DNA from: Anaeromyxobacteraceae bacterium
GTDB taxonomy: Bacteria > Myxococcota > Myxococcia > Myxococcales > Anaeromyxobacteraceae
Length of the DNA: 64,000 nucleotides
Direction: 5' to 3'
NCBI GenBank assembly: GCA_047602405.1
Contig: JASGHJ010000001.1
Location: forward strand, 704,001 to 768,000
The notes under the pieces are model-generated. The model did no database searches, was not told the DNA's origin, and was given only the letters and a program-made list of their open reading frames with translations. The translations under genes were made by a program, and so were the position numbers. This document shows, one piece after another, positions 32,975 to 43,552 of this stretch (position 1 is the first letter of the stretch; each line of letters begins with the position of its first letter).

Positions 32975-33496
32975 TCAGCTGTTGCTCGCGCGCGGCGGGT
33001 TCACCTGCGCCTCGATGTACGCGTCGAACGCGGCCGACGGCACCGGGAGGGCGAACCACGTCGCGAGGACCGCGCCGTCCTTCGACACGTCCACGGTCTC
33101 CTGCACGCCCGGCGTCAGCCGGAGCCTGCCGGTGGTGTGGAGGTCGCGGGCGGGGATCTTGAGCGTGTAGTCGAGCGCGATCTCGCCGGTCGGCTGGCGC
33201 TCGGCCTCGACGCGGAGCCAGAGCCGGATGCGCTCCGGGTCGGTCGGGTCGTGCAGCACGAGCTCGGAGACCTTGCCCACCGGCGCGATGATCCGCGGCC
33301 GGGCGACGACGTGGCCCTCGCCGTCCGTCACCGCGAGCTCGACGAGCTGGCCCGACGAGCCGATCTCCCGCTCGGCGCGGGCGCGCTCGATGGCGGAGTG
33401 GGTCCGGAGCGCGACCTCGGCGGAGCCGCCCCCGAGGATGAACGCGGAGGAGAGGAGCCATGCGATTCGCAACGATCTCGGGACCCGGAAGGCCAT
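32975..33496 (-). CDS. Hypothetical protein with an N-terminal membrane anchor
   Basis: Hydrophobic N-terminus, beta-rich body, typical codon usage. Confidence 0.6.
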   Translation of the reverse strand: MAFRVPRSLRIAWLLSSAFILGGGSAEVALRTHSAIERARAEREIGSSGQLVELAVTDGEGHVVARPRIIAPVGKVSELVLHDPTDPERIRLWLRVEAERQPTGEIALDYTLKIPARDLHTTGRLRLTPGVQETVDVSKDGAVLATWFALPVPSAAFDAYIEAQVNPPRASNS

Positions 33497-33680
33497 GGGG
33501 CCTTCGGGAATGCACGCGACGTGCCTCGATCGTGGGACCGGGAATACGCCAGCTTGGCGTGCGGCCGACCCGGCGCGGGCGTGGCTTTCCGTCGACGCCG
33601 TGGAAAACCGGCGACACGGCCCGGATAGTCCCCGCGTACGGCGACCGGACCGCGAGTGCTACCCGGGCGGGGTCGAGCCC

Positions 33681-34928
33681 TCAGGCACCGGCGTCGGGAT
33701 TCGGCTCGCCCCTCCGCCTGCGATACGCCTCCTCCGCGACCAGCCGATGGTCCTCGTGGACGATGTCGCCTCCGACCTCGCCGCCGCAGCGCGGGCAGGT
33801 CTGGCTCGACGTCGTGAGCGGCGCGCGGCAACCGGGGTCCGAGCACGTGAAGCTGACCGCGCGCGCGCCAGCGAACGCACCCGCGACCGCGCCGCCGACC
33901 GCCGCGATGGACAGGGCGAGCCCGCCGGCGGCCTCGACGCCGACGAGCGCCGCGGTCGCGGCGAGCCCGGCACAGAGGCCGAGCAGCGCCCAGGTCACCG
34001 TACGTGTGTGCCGGACGCGGAACACCGGGCGGCCCGCGTTGGACGGCGCGTCCTCGGCCGGCGGCGGCGCGGGCTCCGGCGGCGCGTCGGGCAGCGCGAG
34101 TGCACCGCCGGCCGGGAGCGGCGGCGGTGCGGGCCAGGCGCCCTGGTCGGGCAGGCCGAGCGCGTGGAGAAGCCCGGCCTCCGGTCGCCGCAGCGCCTTC
34201 AGCGCGGCGTGGAAGGCCCCGGCCTGGTTCGACTCGAGCAGGCCCTCTACCCGCCGTGCGGCGCGGCCGTCGAGCCTGCGCGCGGTCACCGCGGCCGCGA
34301 GCAGGAAGCTCATCGCGTCGGGCGACAGGTAGCCGGCCTGGGAGTGCGACCACCGGGTGACCGTCATGACGCCCTGGAGCTCGCCGGACTTCCGGTACCG
34401 GTAGCTCCCGTTCGTCGTCAGGATCCCGAAGCCCAGGTAGACGGTCGTGACGTCGGTGAGGAGCTCCTCCGTGGCGCGGTCCTCGACCTCGAGGCCGTGC
34501 GCGCGGCGGTAGGCGTGCGCGACCTCGTGGCACAGGGTCGCGACGAGGCCCTCCGGATCCCCGAGCCCGCGCACGTCGACGCCGAAGTGGCAGGCGCGGC
34601 CGTCGAACCCGAGGAACCAGCCCGCCGCCCCGGCGTGCCGCGAGGACTCGCTCGTGCCGCCCACCGTCGAGCCCACGGATGACTCGACGACGTGCGTGCC
34701 CTCGCCCACCTCGACCGCGACGTCGTACTCGCCGAGCCCGGCATACCCGAGCAGCCGACGGCAGACGTTCGCGACGCCGTCGGCGTCCGGACGCCAGGCG
34801 TCGGGGAAGTAGCGCGGCGTCGGCTCGAGCAGGTGCGACGACACGAGCGGCAGGTGCCCCCGGGCCTCCACGAGGCCGGCGAGCGCCGAGAGCAGGGCTT
34901 CGCGCTCCTCGCGCGGCGGAAGGGACAT
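33681..34928 (-). CDS. HEXXH metallopeptidase-like domain + 2 TM + C-terminal zinc ribbon
   Basis: LCHEVAH, ELLTDVTTVYLGFG, GYLS; CSDPGC..CPRCG. Confidence 0.7.
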   Translation of the reverse strand: MSLPPREEREALLSALAGLVEARGHLPLVSSHLLEPTPRYFPDAWRPDADGVANVCRRLLGYAGLGEYDVAVEVGEGTHVVESSVGSTVGGTSESSRHAGAAGWFLGFDGRACHFGVDVRGLGDPEGLVATLCHEVAHAYRRAHGLEVEDRATEELLTDVTTVYLGFGILTTNGSYRYRKSGELQGVMTVTRWSHSQAGYLSPDAMSFLLAAAVTARRLDGRAARRVEGLLESNQAGAFHAALKALRRPEAGLLHALGLPDQGAWPAPPPLPAGGALALPDAPPEPAPPPAEDAPSNAGRPVFRVRHTRTVTWALLGLCAGLAATAALVGVEAAGGLALSIAAVGGAVAGAFAGARAVSFTCSDPGCRAPLTTSSQTCPRCGGEVGGDIVHEDHRLVAEEAYRRRRGEPNPDAGA

Positions 34929-35016
34929 GGCGCCCCATCTTTCACGGACGGTCCGGGCGGTGCAAGGGCGTTCGCCGGCGCTATAGAAGCCGGGTCCACA
35001 CGGGAGACACGACACG

Positions 35017-36129
35017 ATGCGCGCCTGGGTGCTGCAGGGGAACGGGGTCGAGACGCTCACGCTCGAGGAGCGGCCGCCGCCGCGCCCGGGGCCCGGGCAG
35101 GTGCGCGTGCGCATGCGCGCCGCGAGCCTCAACTACCGTGACCTCCTCGTCGCGAGCGGCACCTACGGCAGCGCGGCGCCCAGGCGCCCGCTCGTGCCGC
35201 TGTCGGATGGCGCGGGCGAGGTCGTGGAGGTCGGCGACGGCGTCTCGGGCGTGCGGGCAGGCGATCGGGTGGTCGCGAACTTCTTCCAGGGCTGGCTCGA
35301 CGGGCCGCAGACCGACGCCACCAACGCGACCGCCCTCGGCGGCGCCGTCGACGGCGTGCTCGCCGAGGAGGTCGTCTTCCAGGCTGCGGCGGTGGTGCCG
35401 GTGCCTGCGCACCTCTCCTTCGAGGAGGCGGCGACGCTGCCTTGCGCGGCGCTGACGGCGTGGGTGGCGCTCTTCGAGCGCGGCAAGCTCGCCGCGAGCC
35501 AGACGGTGCTCGTGCAGGGCACGGGCGGCGTCTCGCTCTGCGGGCTGCAGCTCGCGAAGGCGGCGGGCGCGCGCGTGATCCTCACCTCGCGCAGCGCCGC
35601 GAAGCTCTCGCGCGCGGTGACGCTCGGCGCCGACGACACGATCGACACGGTCCGCACCCCGGACTGGGACGCCACCGCGCGCGCCCTCACCGGCGGCGAG
35701 GGGGTCGATCACCTGCTCGAGGTCATCGGCGCGGCGACGCTCCCGCGCTCGATCCGTGCCATGAAGCCCGGCGGACACCTCACGCTCGTCGGGCTCCTCT
35801 CCGGCGCGCGCTCGGATCCGGCGGCCGCGCGCGCGCAGGCGCCGGGCGTGAACGTGAGCGGCGTGTTCGTCGGCAGCGTGCGGATGTTCGAGCGGATGAA
35901 CGCGTTCCTCGCGCGGCACGCGATCCGGCCGGTGCTCGACGAGCGGTTCCCGTTCGCGCGCGCGCGGGACGCCTACGCGCACCTCGCCGCGGGGAACCAC
36001 TTCGGGAAGGTCGTGATCGGGATCTCGAGGGGCCCGCGGCCCCTGCATCTCAGCTCGAGAAGCCGATGCCCATCTTCTCGAGCACGCGCAGCATCGCGCT
36101 CGGCGCCCCGCCGGCGTCGACCTTCCTGA
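35017..36129 (+). CDS. MDR-family NAD(P)-dependent alcohol dehydrogenase/quinone reductase (true stop probably about 36028)
   Basis: AASLNYRD, SDGAGEV, LPCAALTAW, QGTGGVS, HFGKVVI; tail overlaps the convergent gene unless one base after GATCT is removed. Confidence 0.9.
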   Translation: MRAWVLQGNGVETLTLEERPPPRPGPGQVRVRMRAASLNYRDLLVASGTYGSAAPRRPLVPLSDGAGEVVEVGDGVSGVRAGDRVVANFFQGWLDGPQTDATNATALGGAVDGVLAEEVVFQAAAVVPVPAHLSFEEAATLPCAALTAWVALFERGKLAASQTVLVQGTGGVSLCGLQLAKAAGARVILTSRSAAKLSRAVTLGADDTIDTVRTPDWDATARALTGGEGVDHLLEVIGAATLPRSIRAMKPGGHLTLVGLLSGARSDPAAARAQAPGVNVSGVFVGSVRMFERMNAFLARHAIRPVLDERFPFARARDAYAHLAAGNHFGKVVIGISRGPRPLHLSSRSRCPSSRARAASRSAPRRRRPS

Positions 36130-37426
36130 GGTCCCGCGTGACGGCGTTGACCGCCCAGCCGCGGATCGGCTCCGGCGGGTACGGGAAGGGCTTCTTCGTC
36201 ACGAGCGCGAGCGAGAGGAGCTCGCTCGCGCGGTCGAGCGCGAGGTGCGCGAGGATCCGGCCCGCGACGCGGGTCGAGCCGAGGCCGTGGCCGGTGAAGC
36301 CGAGGCCGTAGAGGGCCCGGCCGCCCAGCGCCTGGCCGAAGAACGGCGTGAGCCGCGTGGTCGAGCAGATGGCGCCGCCCCAGGCGTACGGCCACTCGAG
36401 GCCCGCGAGCTGCGGGAAGGTCTCCTTCCAGCTCGCCTTGAGTGACGCGTAGTGCCGCTCGGAGTGGTCGCAGCCCTCGTCGACGCGGTTCCCGCCCCAG
36501 TAGTGCGCCTCGCTCGTGCCCCACAGGATCCGGCCGTCGGCGGTGGGGCGGTAGTAGTTGAAGAAGGTGCGGCCGTCGGTGATGCCCTGGCGGCCCTTCC
36601 AGCCGATGGCCTCCCACTGCGCCGCGTCGAGCGGCTCGGAGACGAGGATGTAGTCGTAGAGCGGGATGAACCGGTGGCGCACCGCCGGGACGAGGTGGTG
36701 CGTGTACGCGCTCGTCGCGAGGATCGCGCGGCGCGCGCGGAGGGTCGTGCCGTTCGCGGCGATCCGCACGCCGGCGCCGTCCTCCTCGAGCGCGGTCACC
36801 TTCGTGCGCTCGTGGACGCGCACGCCGAGGCGCTCGGCCTCCTTGCGCAGGCCGTCGGTGAAACGGGCCGGGTCGAGGATGCCGCCGCCCTTCACCTCGA
36901 GGCCGCCGAGGTAGCGCGGGGAGTGCACCTCCGCCTGCATCTCCTCCCTCGAGAGGAGCCGGTGGGTGTGGATGCCGAGGGACTCGGCGATGTCGACGTT
37001 GCGCTGCGCCTCCTCGAGGTGCGCCGGCGTGAACGACGCCATGAAGCGGCCGGAGGGCTCCCAGTCGCAGGCGATCCCGCGCGCCTGGATGAAGCCGGTG
37101 AGCTCCTTCGCGTTCTCCTCGCCGAGCGCCGCGAGCCGTTTCGCCTCGGCCGCGCCGAAGTGCTGGATGGCGAGGCCGTGCGTGTGATCGATGGTCTCGG
37201 CGAGCATGCCGGCGTTCCGGCCGCTCGCGCCGTAGGCGGCGATGCCCTGCTCGACGACCGCCACGTCGCGCGAGGGATCGAGCTCCTTCAGGAAGAGCGC
37301 GGTCCAAAGGCCCGTGAGGCCGGCGCCGAGCACGACGAGGTCGTGCTCGGCGGGCCGCTCGAGCGGGCGGGGCTCGTGCTTCGGGAGCGCGGCGAGCCAG
37401 TAGCAGGCTTCTTCGATGGGGCGCAT
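36050..37426 (-). CDS. FAD-dependent amine oxidoreductase (DAO family, PuuB-like)
   Basis: GAGLTGL, GASGRNAG, LDPARF, YYRPTADGRILWG, GFTGHG. Confidence 0.85.
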   Translation of the reverse strand: MRPIEEACYWLAALPKHEPRPLERPAEHDLVVLGAGLTGLWTALFLKELDPSRDVAVVEQGIAAYGASGRNAGMLAETIDHTHGLAIQHFGAAEAKRLAALGEENAKELTGFIQARGIACDWEPSGRFMASFTPAHLEEAQRNVDIAESLGIHTHRLLSREEMQAEVHSPRYLGGLEVKGGGILDPARFTDGLRKEAERLGVRVHERTKVTALEEDGAGVRIAANGTTLRARRAILATSAYTHHLVPAVRHRFIPLYDYILVSEPLDAAQWEAIGWKGRQGITDGRTFFNYYRPTADGRILWGTSEAHYWGGNRVDEGCDHSERHYASLKASWKETFPQLAGLEWPYAWGGAICSTTRLTPFFGQALGGRALYGLGFTGHGLGSTRVAGRILAHLALDRASELLSLALVTKKPFPYPPEPIRGWAVNAVTRDLRKVDAGGAPSAMLRVLEKMGIGFSS

Positions 37427-37427
37427 C

Positions 37428-38891
37428 TCAGTACCAGGAAATGGGCTTCTCGGAGAGGTTCACGTGGACCTGCTTCGTCTCGAGGTACTCCTCGAGCCCC
37501 ATGTGGCCGAGCTCGCGCCCGTAACCGGAGCGCTTGTAGCCGCCCCAGGGCGCCTCGACGTAGGTCGGCTGCATGTGGTTCACCCACACGATGCCGGCGC
37601 GGATGGCCTTCACCGCGCGCATCGCGCGGTTGAGGTCGCGGGTCCAGACCGCGGCGGCGAGGCCGTAGACGGTGTCGTTGGCCTGCCGGATCGCGTCGGC
37701 CTCGTCCTCGAACGGCATCACGGCGGCGACCGGCCCGAAGATCTCCTCGCGGGCGATGCGGGCGTTCTCGGGTACGTCGACGAAGATCGTCGGCTCGACC
37801 CACCAGCCGCGGTCGAGGCCGCGCGGCTTCCCGCCGCCGATGGCGAGCTTCGCCTCCTTCTTCCCGACCTCGAGGTAGCCGAGCACGCGCTCGTGCTGCT
37901 CCTTCGAGACGAGCGGGCCCATCTTCGTCGCCCGGTCGAGCGGTGGGCCGAGCTTGATGCGCTTCGCCTTCTCGACGAGCGCCTCCACGAACTTCCCGTA
38001 GATCGAGCGCTGCACGAGGATGCGGCTGCCGGCCGAGCAGATCTCGCCCTGGTTGAAGAAGATGCCGAAGAGCGCGCCGTCGATGGCGGCCTCGAAGTCG
38101 GCGTCGGCGAAGAAGACGTTCGGCGACTTCCCGCCGAGCTCGAGCGTCACGCGCTTCAGGGTGTCGGCGCCGGCGCGGGCGATGAGCTTCCCGACCGCCT
38201 CGGACCCCGTGAACGCGATCTTGTCGACGCCCGGGTGCGCGACGATGGGCGCGCCGCAGGTCTCGCCGAAGCCGGTGAGGATGTTCACCGCGCCGGGCGG
38301 GAGTCCGGCCTCCTCCAGCCAGCCGGCGAACAGCAGCGCCGTGAGCGGCGTCTGCTCGGCGGGCTTGAGCACGCAGGTGCAGCCGGCGGCGAGCGCCGGG
38401 GCGAGCTTCCAGACCGCCATGAGCAGCGGGTAGTTCCAGGGGATGATCTGCCCCGCGACGCCGACGGGCTCCTTGAGCGTGAGCGACAGCGCGTCGTCCG
38501 GCACCGGGTTCACCGCGCCCGAGGACTTCGTCGCGAGCCCGCCGTAGTACTCGAGGCAGGTCGCGACGTCGGTGATGTCGAGCTCGGCCTCGGCGATGGG
38601 CTTCCCGTTGTTGCGCGCCTCGAGCTCGGAGAGCTGGGCGTGCTCCCTCCGCACCCGCTCGGCGAGCCGGAAGAGGACCCGGCCGCGCTCCTGGGCGGTC
38701 GTGCGCGGCCAGGGGCCCTCGTCGAACGCCCGCCGGGCGGCCTTCACCGCCGCGTCGACGTCCTCCGGGCCGCAGTCCGGCACCCGGGCGATGATCTCCT
38801 CGGTCGAGGGATCGAAGACGGGAAACGTCCTGCCCGAGCGGGCGGGGACGCGCTTCCCGTCGATGAGGTTGAGCCACCTCGAGTCGACCAT
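37428..38891 (-). CDS. Aldehyde dehydrogenase (aminoaldehyde/betaine-aldehyde type)
   Basis: IIPWNYP, FTGS, LELGGKSP, NQGEICSAG, EEIFGPV. Confidence 0.93.
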   Translation of the reverse strand: MVDSRWLNLIDGKRVPARSGRTFPVFDPSTEEIIARVPDCGPEDVDAAVKAARRAFDEGPWPRTTAQERGRVLFRLAERVRREHAQLSELEARNNGKPIAEAELDITDVATCLEYYGGLATKSSGAVNPVPDDALSLTLKEPVGVAGQIIPWNYPLLMAVWKLAPALAAGCTCVLKPAEQTPLTALLFAGWLEEAGLPPGAVNILTGFGETCGAPIVAHPGVDKIAFTGSEAVGKLIARAGADTLKRVTLELGGKSPNVFFADADFEAAIDGALFGIFFNQGEICSAGSRILVQRSIYGKFVEALVEKAKRIKLGPPLDRATKMGPLVSKEQHERVLGYLEVGKKEAKLAIGGGKPRGLDRGWWVEPTIFVDVPENARIAREEIFGPVAAVMPFEDEADAIRQANDTVYGLAAAVWTRDLNRAMRAVKAIRAGIVWVNHMQPTYVEAPWGGYKRSGYGRELGHMGLEEYLETKQVHVNLSEKPISWY

Positions 38892-38914
38892 GACCGTCGC
38901 CTCCGCCTCCGGTC

Positions 38915-40237
38915 CTAGGACCGGACCGCCTTGTCGGTGAGCTCGAGGCCGCGGTCGATGATGCCGAACGCCTCCTTGAGCTGGGCTTCCGTGATGGTGA
39001 GCGGCGGGTTCGTGTAGAAGCTGTTCCACCGCACCATCGTGTAGAGCCCCTGCTCGCGGAAGAACCGCCCGAGCGCGGCCATCTCCTCGGAGGTGCCGTT
39101 GAAGGGCGCCATGGGCTCGAGCGTCTTGCGATCCCGGACGAGCTCCACGATGCCGAAGAGGCCGATCGAGCGGACCGCGCCGACCGACGGGTGCTTCGCG
39201 GCGAGCCCCTCGAGGAGCGCCCTCATCACCTTGCCGGTCTCGCGGGCGCGCTCGACGAGCCGGTCCTCCTCGTAGACCTGGATCGCGGCGAGCGCGGCGG
39301 CGCAGCCGACCGGGTGGCTGTTGTAGGTGAGGCCGCCGTAGAAGACCTTGTCCTTGAAGGCGTCGGCGATCTGCCGGCGCATGCCGACCGCGCCGAGCGG
39401 CACGTAGGACGAGGTCAGCCCCTTCGCCATCGTGATCAGGTCGGGCACGACGCCCCAGTGGTTCACTGCGAACCACTCGCCGGTGCGGCCGAAGCCGGCC
39501 ATCACCTCGTCGGCGATCATGAGGATGCCGTACTTCGTGCAGAGCTCGCGCACGCCCTGGAGGTAGCCGTCCGGCGGCACGAGGATGCCGTTCGTGCCGG
39601 TGACGGTCTCGAGGATGAAGGCGGCGATGTGGTTCGGCCCCTCGAGCTGGATGGTCTCCTCGAGGTTCGCGAGCGCGCGGGGCACGTCGTCCCAGCCGCG
39701 CTGGATGCCGTGGTACGGGTCCATCACGCGGACGACGCCCGGCATGCCCGGCTCGGCGGCCCAGCGGCGCGGGTCGCCGGTGAGCGCCACCGCGCCGGCG
39801 GTGGCGCCGTGGTACGAGCGGTAGCGCGCCATGATCTTGTGGCGGCCGGTGTACTGGCGGGCGAGCTTGATGGCGTTCTCGTTCGCCTCGGCGCCGCCGT
39901 TCGTGAAGAAGAAGACGTCGAGGTCGCCCGGGCAGAGCTGGGCGAGCTTCTCGCCGAGCCGCGCGCGCGGCTCGGTCGCCATGAACGGGTTCGCGTAGTC
40001 GAGCGTCGAGAGCTGCTTCGTGATCGCGTCCACGATGCGCTTCTCGCCGTGCCCGGCGTTCACCGACATGAGCTGCGAGTTGAAGTCGATGAAGCGCTTC
40101 CCCTCCGGCGTGTAGAAGTAGATCCCGTCGGCCCGCGCCACGGGTATGGGGTCCACCTTCGACTGGGCCGACCACTCGAAGAGGGTGTGCTTCTTCGTGA
40201 GGGCGACGATCTCCTCGCCGGTCATGGGCTTCGTCAT
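38915..40237 (-). CDS. Class III aminotransferase (beta-alanine/taurine-pyruvate type)
   Basis: SYHGAT, ADEVMAGFGRTG, AKGLTS, GLTY; lies directly after mmsA. Confidence 0.9.
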   Translation of the reverse strand: MTKPMTGEEIVALTKKHTLFEWSAQSKVDPIPVARADGIYFYTPEGKRFIDFNSQLMSVNAGHGEKRIVDAITKQLSTLDYANPFMATEPRARLGEKLAQLCPGDLDVFFFTNGGAEANENAIKLARQYTGRHKIMARYRSYHGATAGAVALTGDPRRWAAEPGMPGVVRVMDPYHGIQRGWDDVPRALANLEETIQLEGPNHIAAFILETVTGTNGILVPPDGYLQGVRELCTKYGILMIADEVMAGFGRTGEWFAVNHWGVVPDLITMAKGLTSSYVPLGAVGMRRQIADAFKDKVFYGGLTYNSHPVGCAAALAAIQVYEEDRLVERARETGKVMRALLEGLAAKHPSVGAVRSIGLFGIVELVRDRKTLEPMAPFNGTSEEMAALGRFFREQGLYTMVRWNSFYTNPPLTITEAQLKEAFGIIDRGLELTDKAVRS

Positions 40238-40245
40238 GAATCCCT

Positions 40246-40294
40246 TCCTTCGACTTCGGCCTGCCTGCGGCAGGCCTACGCTCAGGATGAGCGG
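40246..40294 (-). repeat. REP-like family A, copy 5
   Basis: Minus strand CCGCTCATCCTGAGCGTA-GGCCTGCC-GCA-GGCAGGCC-GAAGTCGAAGGA. Confidence 0.85.
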
Positions 40295-40303
40295 AATTGG
40301 AAG

Positions 40304-41806
<1,503 letters not shown>

Positions 41807-41851
41807 GCGGTGCTCCGTGGTCCAGGTGAGACGGTGGGGTGGGGTGGACCG

Positions 41852-41888
41852 ACCGTAGCGGCGTTAAGTATATTGAGCAAGTGTTGAA
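41852..41888 (-). promoter_or_regulatory. Candidate mmsA-operon promoter with an AT-rich operator-like site in the spacer
   Basis: Minus strand TTGCTC, 17 bp, TACGGT; imperfect palindrome GTTAAGTATATTGAGC overlaps it. Confidence 0.6.
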
Positions 41889-41970
41889 TGGACGGGCCGC
41901 TCGACCCGCCCCATTCGGCAGCCCTGGCAGGCTGGGAAGCCCTCCCGACGTCGAGTAGAGTGGCCCAACG

Positions 41971-42606
41971 ATGAGTATTTCGAACGCTGCACACCGGTCC
42001 GTTCGCCCCCCGGCAGGCTCGGGGCGGACGGGCGCGTCGGCGAAGGCGCACGGGAAGCCTGCCTTCGACATGGGCGAGCGGCTCCGCACGCTGCGGGAGC
42101 GCTTCGGCCTCTCGCAGCGCGCGCTCGCCACGAAGGCTGGCGTGACGAACGGGATGATCTCGCTCATCGAGAAGAACCGCTCGAGCCCGTCGGTCTCGAC
42201 GCTCAAGAAGATCCTCGACGTCTTCCCGCTCTCGCTCTCCGAGTTCTTCGCGACCGGCGAGGAGGCCGCACCCGCGATCTTCTTCCGCGCCGACGAGCTC
42301 GTGGAGCTCGCGGGCGGGCTCATCAGCTACCGCCAGGTCGGCAAGAGCCTCCAGGGGAAGCCGCTCCAGATCCTCCACGAGCGCCTGCAGCCGGGCGCCG
42401 ACACCGGCGAGGGCATGTTCCGGCACGAGGGCGAGGAGGGCGGCGTCGTGGTCCGCGGCGAGATCGAGCTCACCGTCGGCATGGCGACGCGCATCCTCCG
42501 CGCCGGCGACGCGTACTCCTTCCAGAGCAACATCCCCCACCGCTTCCGCAACCTCGGCACCGAGGTCTGCGAGCTCGTCAGCGCCTGCACCCCGCCGTCG
42601 TTCTAG
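41971..42606 (+). CDS. XRE HTH + cupin transcriptional regulator (PuuR-like)
   Basis: GLSQRALA..ISLIEKNRSSPSV..LSEFF; HEGEEGG, PHRFRN, SACTPPSF. Confidence 0.9.
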   Translation: MSISNAAHRSVRPPAGSGRTGASAKAHGKPAFDMGERLRTLRERFGLSQRALATKAGVTNGMISLIEKNRSSPSVSTLKKILDVFPLSLSEFFATGEEAAPAIFFRADELVELAGGLISYRQVGKSLQGKPLQILHERLQPGADTGEGMFRHEGEEGGVVVRGEIELTVGMATRILRAGDAYSFQSNIPHRFRNLGTEVCELVSACTPPSF

Positions 42607-42628
42607 GCGCGGCGGCCCCGAGGACTCC

Positions 42629-43552
42629 GTGATCGCCCCGTGGGCCGCGCTCTCGTTCACGCTCTCGGCCGCCTGCTGGGGGCTCGCGATCGTCGCGACG
42701 AAGGGGCTGCTCGAGGGCGCGCCGCCGCTCACCGCGCTCCTCGTGCAGGTGGCGGGCTCGGTCGCGTTCCTGTGGGTCGCCGTCGCGGTCACTCGCTCGC
42801 GGCTCCCCGTCGGCCGGACCACGCTCGTGGCCATCGCGAGCGGGTTCCTCGAGCCCGGGCTCGCCTACGCCGCGGGCCTCCTCGGCCTCCAGCTCACGAC
42901 GGCCTCCTCCGCGGCGATCATCGGCGCCACCGAGACCCCGATGATCCTGCTCCTCGCGGCGCTGTTCCTGCGCGAGCGGATGGGCCTCGCCGCGCTCGGG
43001 CTCGCGGCGCTCGCCGGCCTGGGCGTGGGCCTGCTCATGCTGCCCGACCTCTCGGGGCTCGCGGGCGGCTCCGTCGCCGGCGATCTCCTGCTGGTCCTCT
43101 CGACCTTCATCGCCGCCGTCTACGTCGTCATCTCCCGGCGGATCGTCGGCGACTTCGACGCGCTCCCGCTCGCGACCATCCAGCAGACGGGCGGCCTCGC
43201 CGTGGCGGGGCTGCTCTGGCTCGTCGCCCGCAACGCGGGCTGGGCGGCCGCCGCCGACGTGCCGCTCTCCTGGGGCACGCTCGGCGCGCTCGCGCTCACC
43301 GGCGTCGTCCAGTACGCGATGGCCTTCTGGTTCTGGCTCAAGGGCCTGAAGCACGTGCCCGCGAGCCGCGCCGCCGTCTTCCTCGCGCTCATCCCGGTCT
43401 TCGGCGTCGCCGGCGCCGCCGTCGTCCTGGGTGAGCGCCTCGTGCCGGCGCAGTGGGCCGGCGCCGTCCTCGTCGTCGCCGCGGTCCTCGCGCTCTCGCG
43501 CGCCGAGGGCCGCGACCCGCTGCCCTCCCCCACCCCGGAGCGTACGTCATGA
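42629..43552 (+). CDS. DMT/EamA-family transporter
   Basis: About 10 TM helices in two EamA-like halves. Confidence 0.9.
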   Translation: MIAPWAALSFTLSAACWGLAIVATKGLLEGAPPLTALLVQVAGSVAFLWVAVAVTRSRLPVGRTTLVAIASGFLEPGLAYAAGLLGLQLTTASSAAIIGATETPMILLLAALFLRERMGLAALGLAALAGLGVGLLMLPDLSGLAGGSVAGDLLLVLSTFIAAVYVVISRRIVGDFDALPLATIQQTGGLAVAGLLWLVARNAGWAAAADVPLSWGTLGALALTGVVQYAMAFWFWLKGLKHVPASRAAVFLALIPVFGVAGAAVVLGERLVPAQWAGAVLVVAAVLALSRAEGRDPLPSPTPERTS

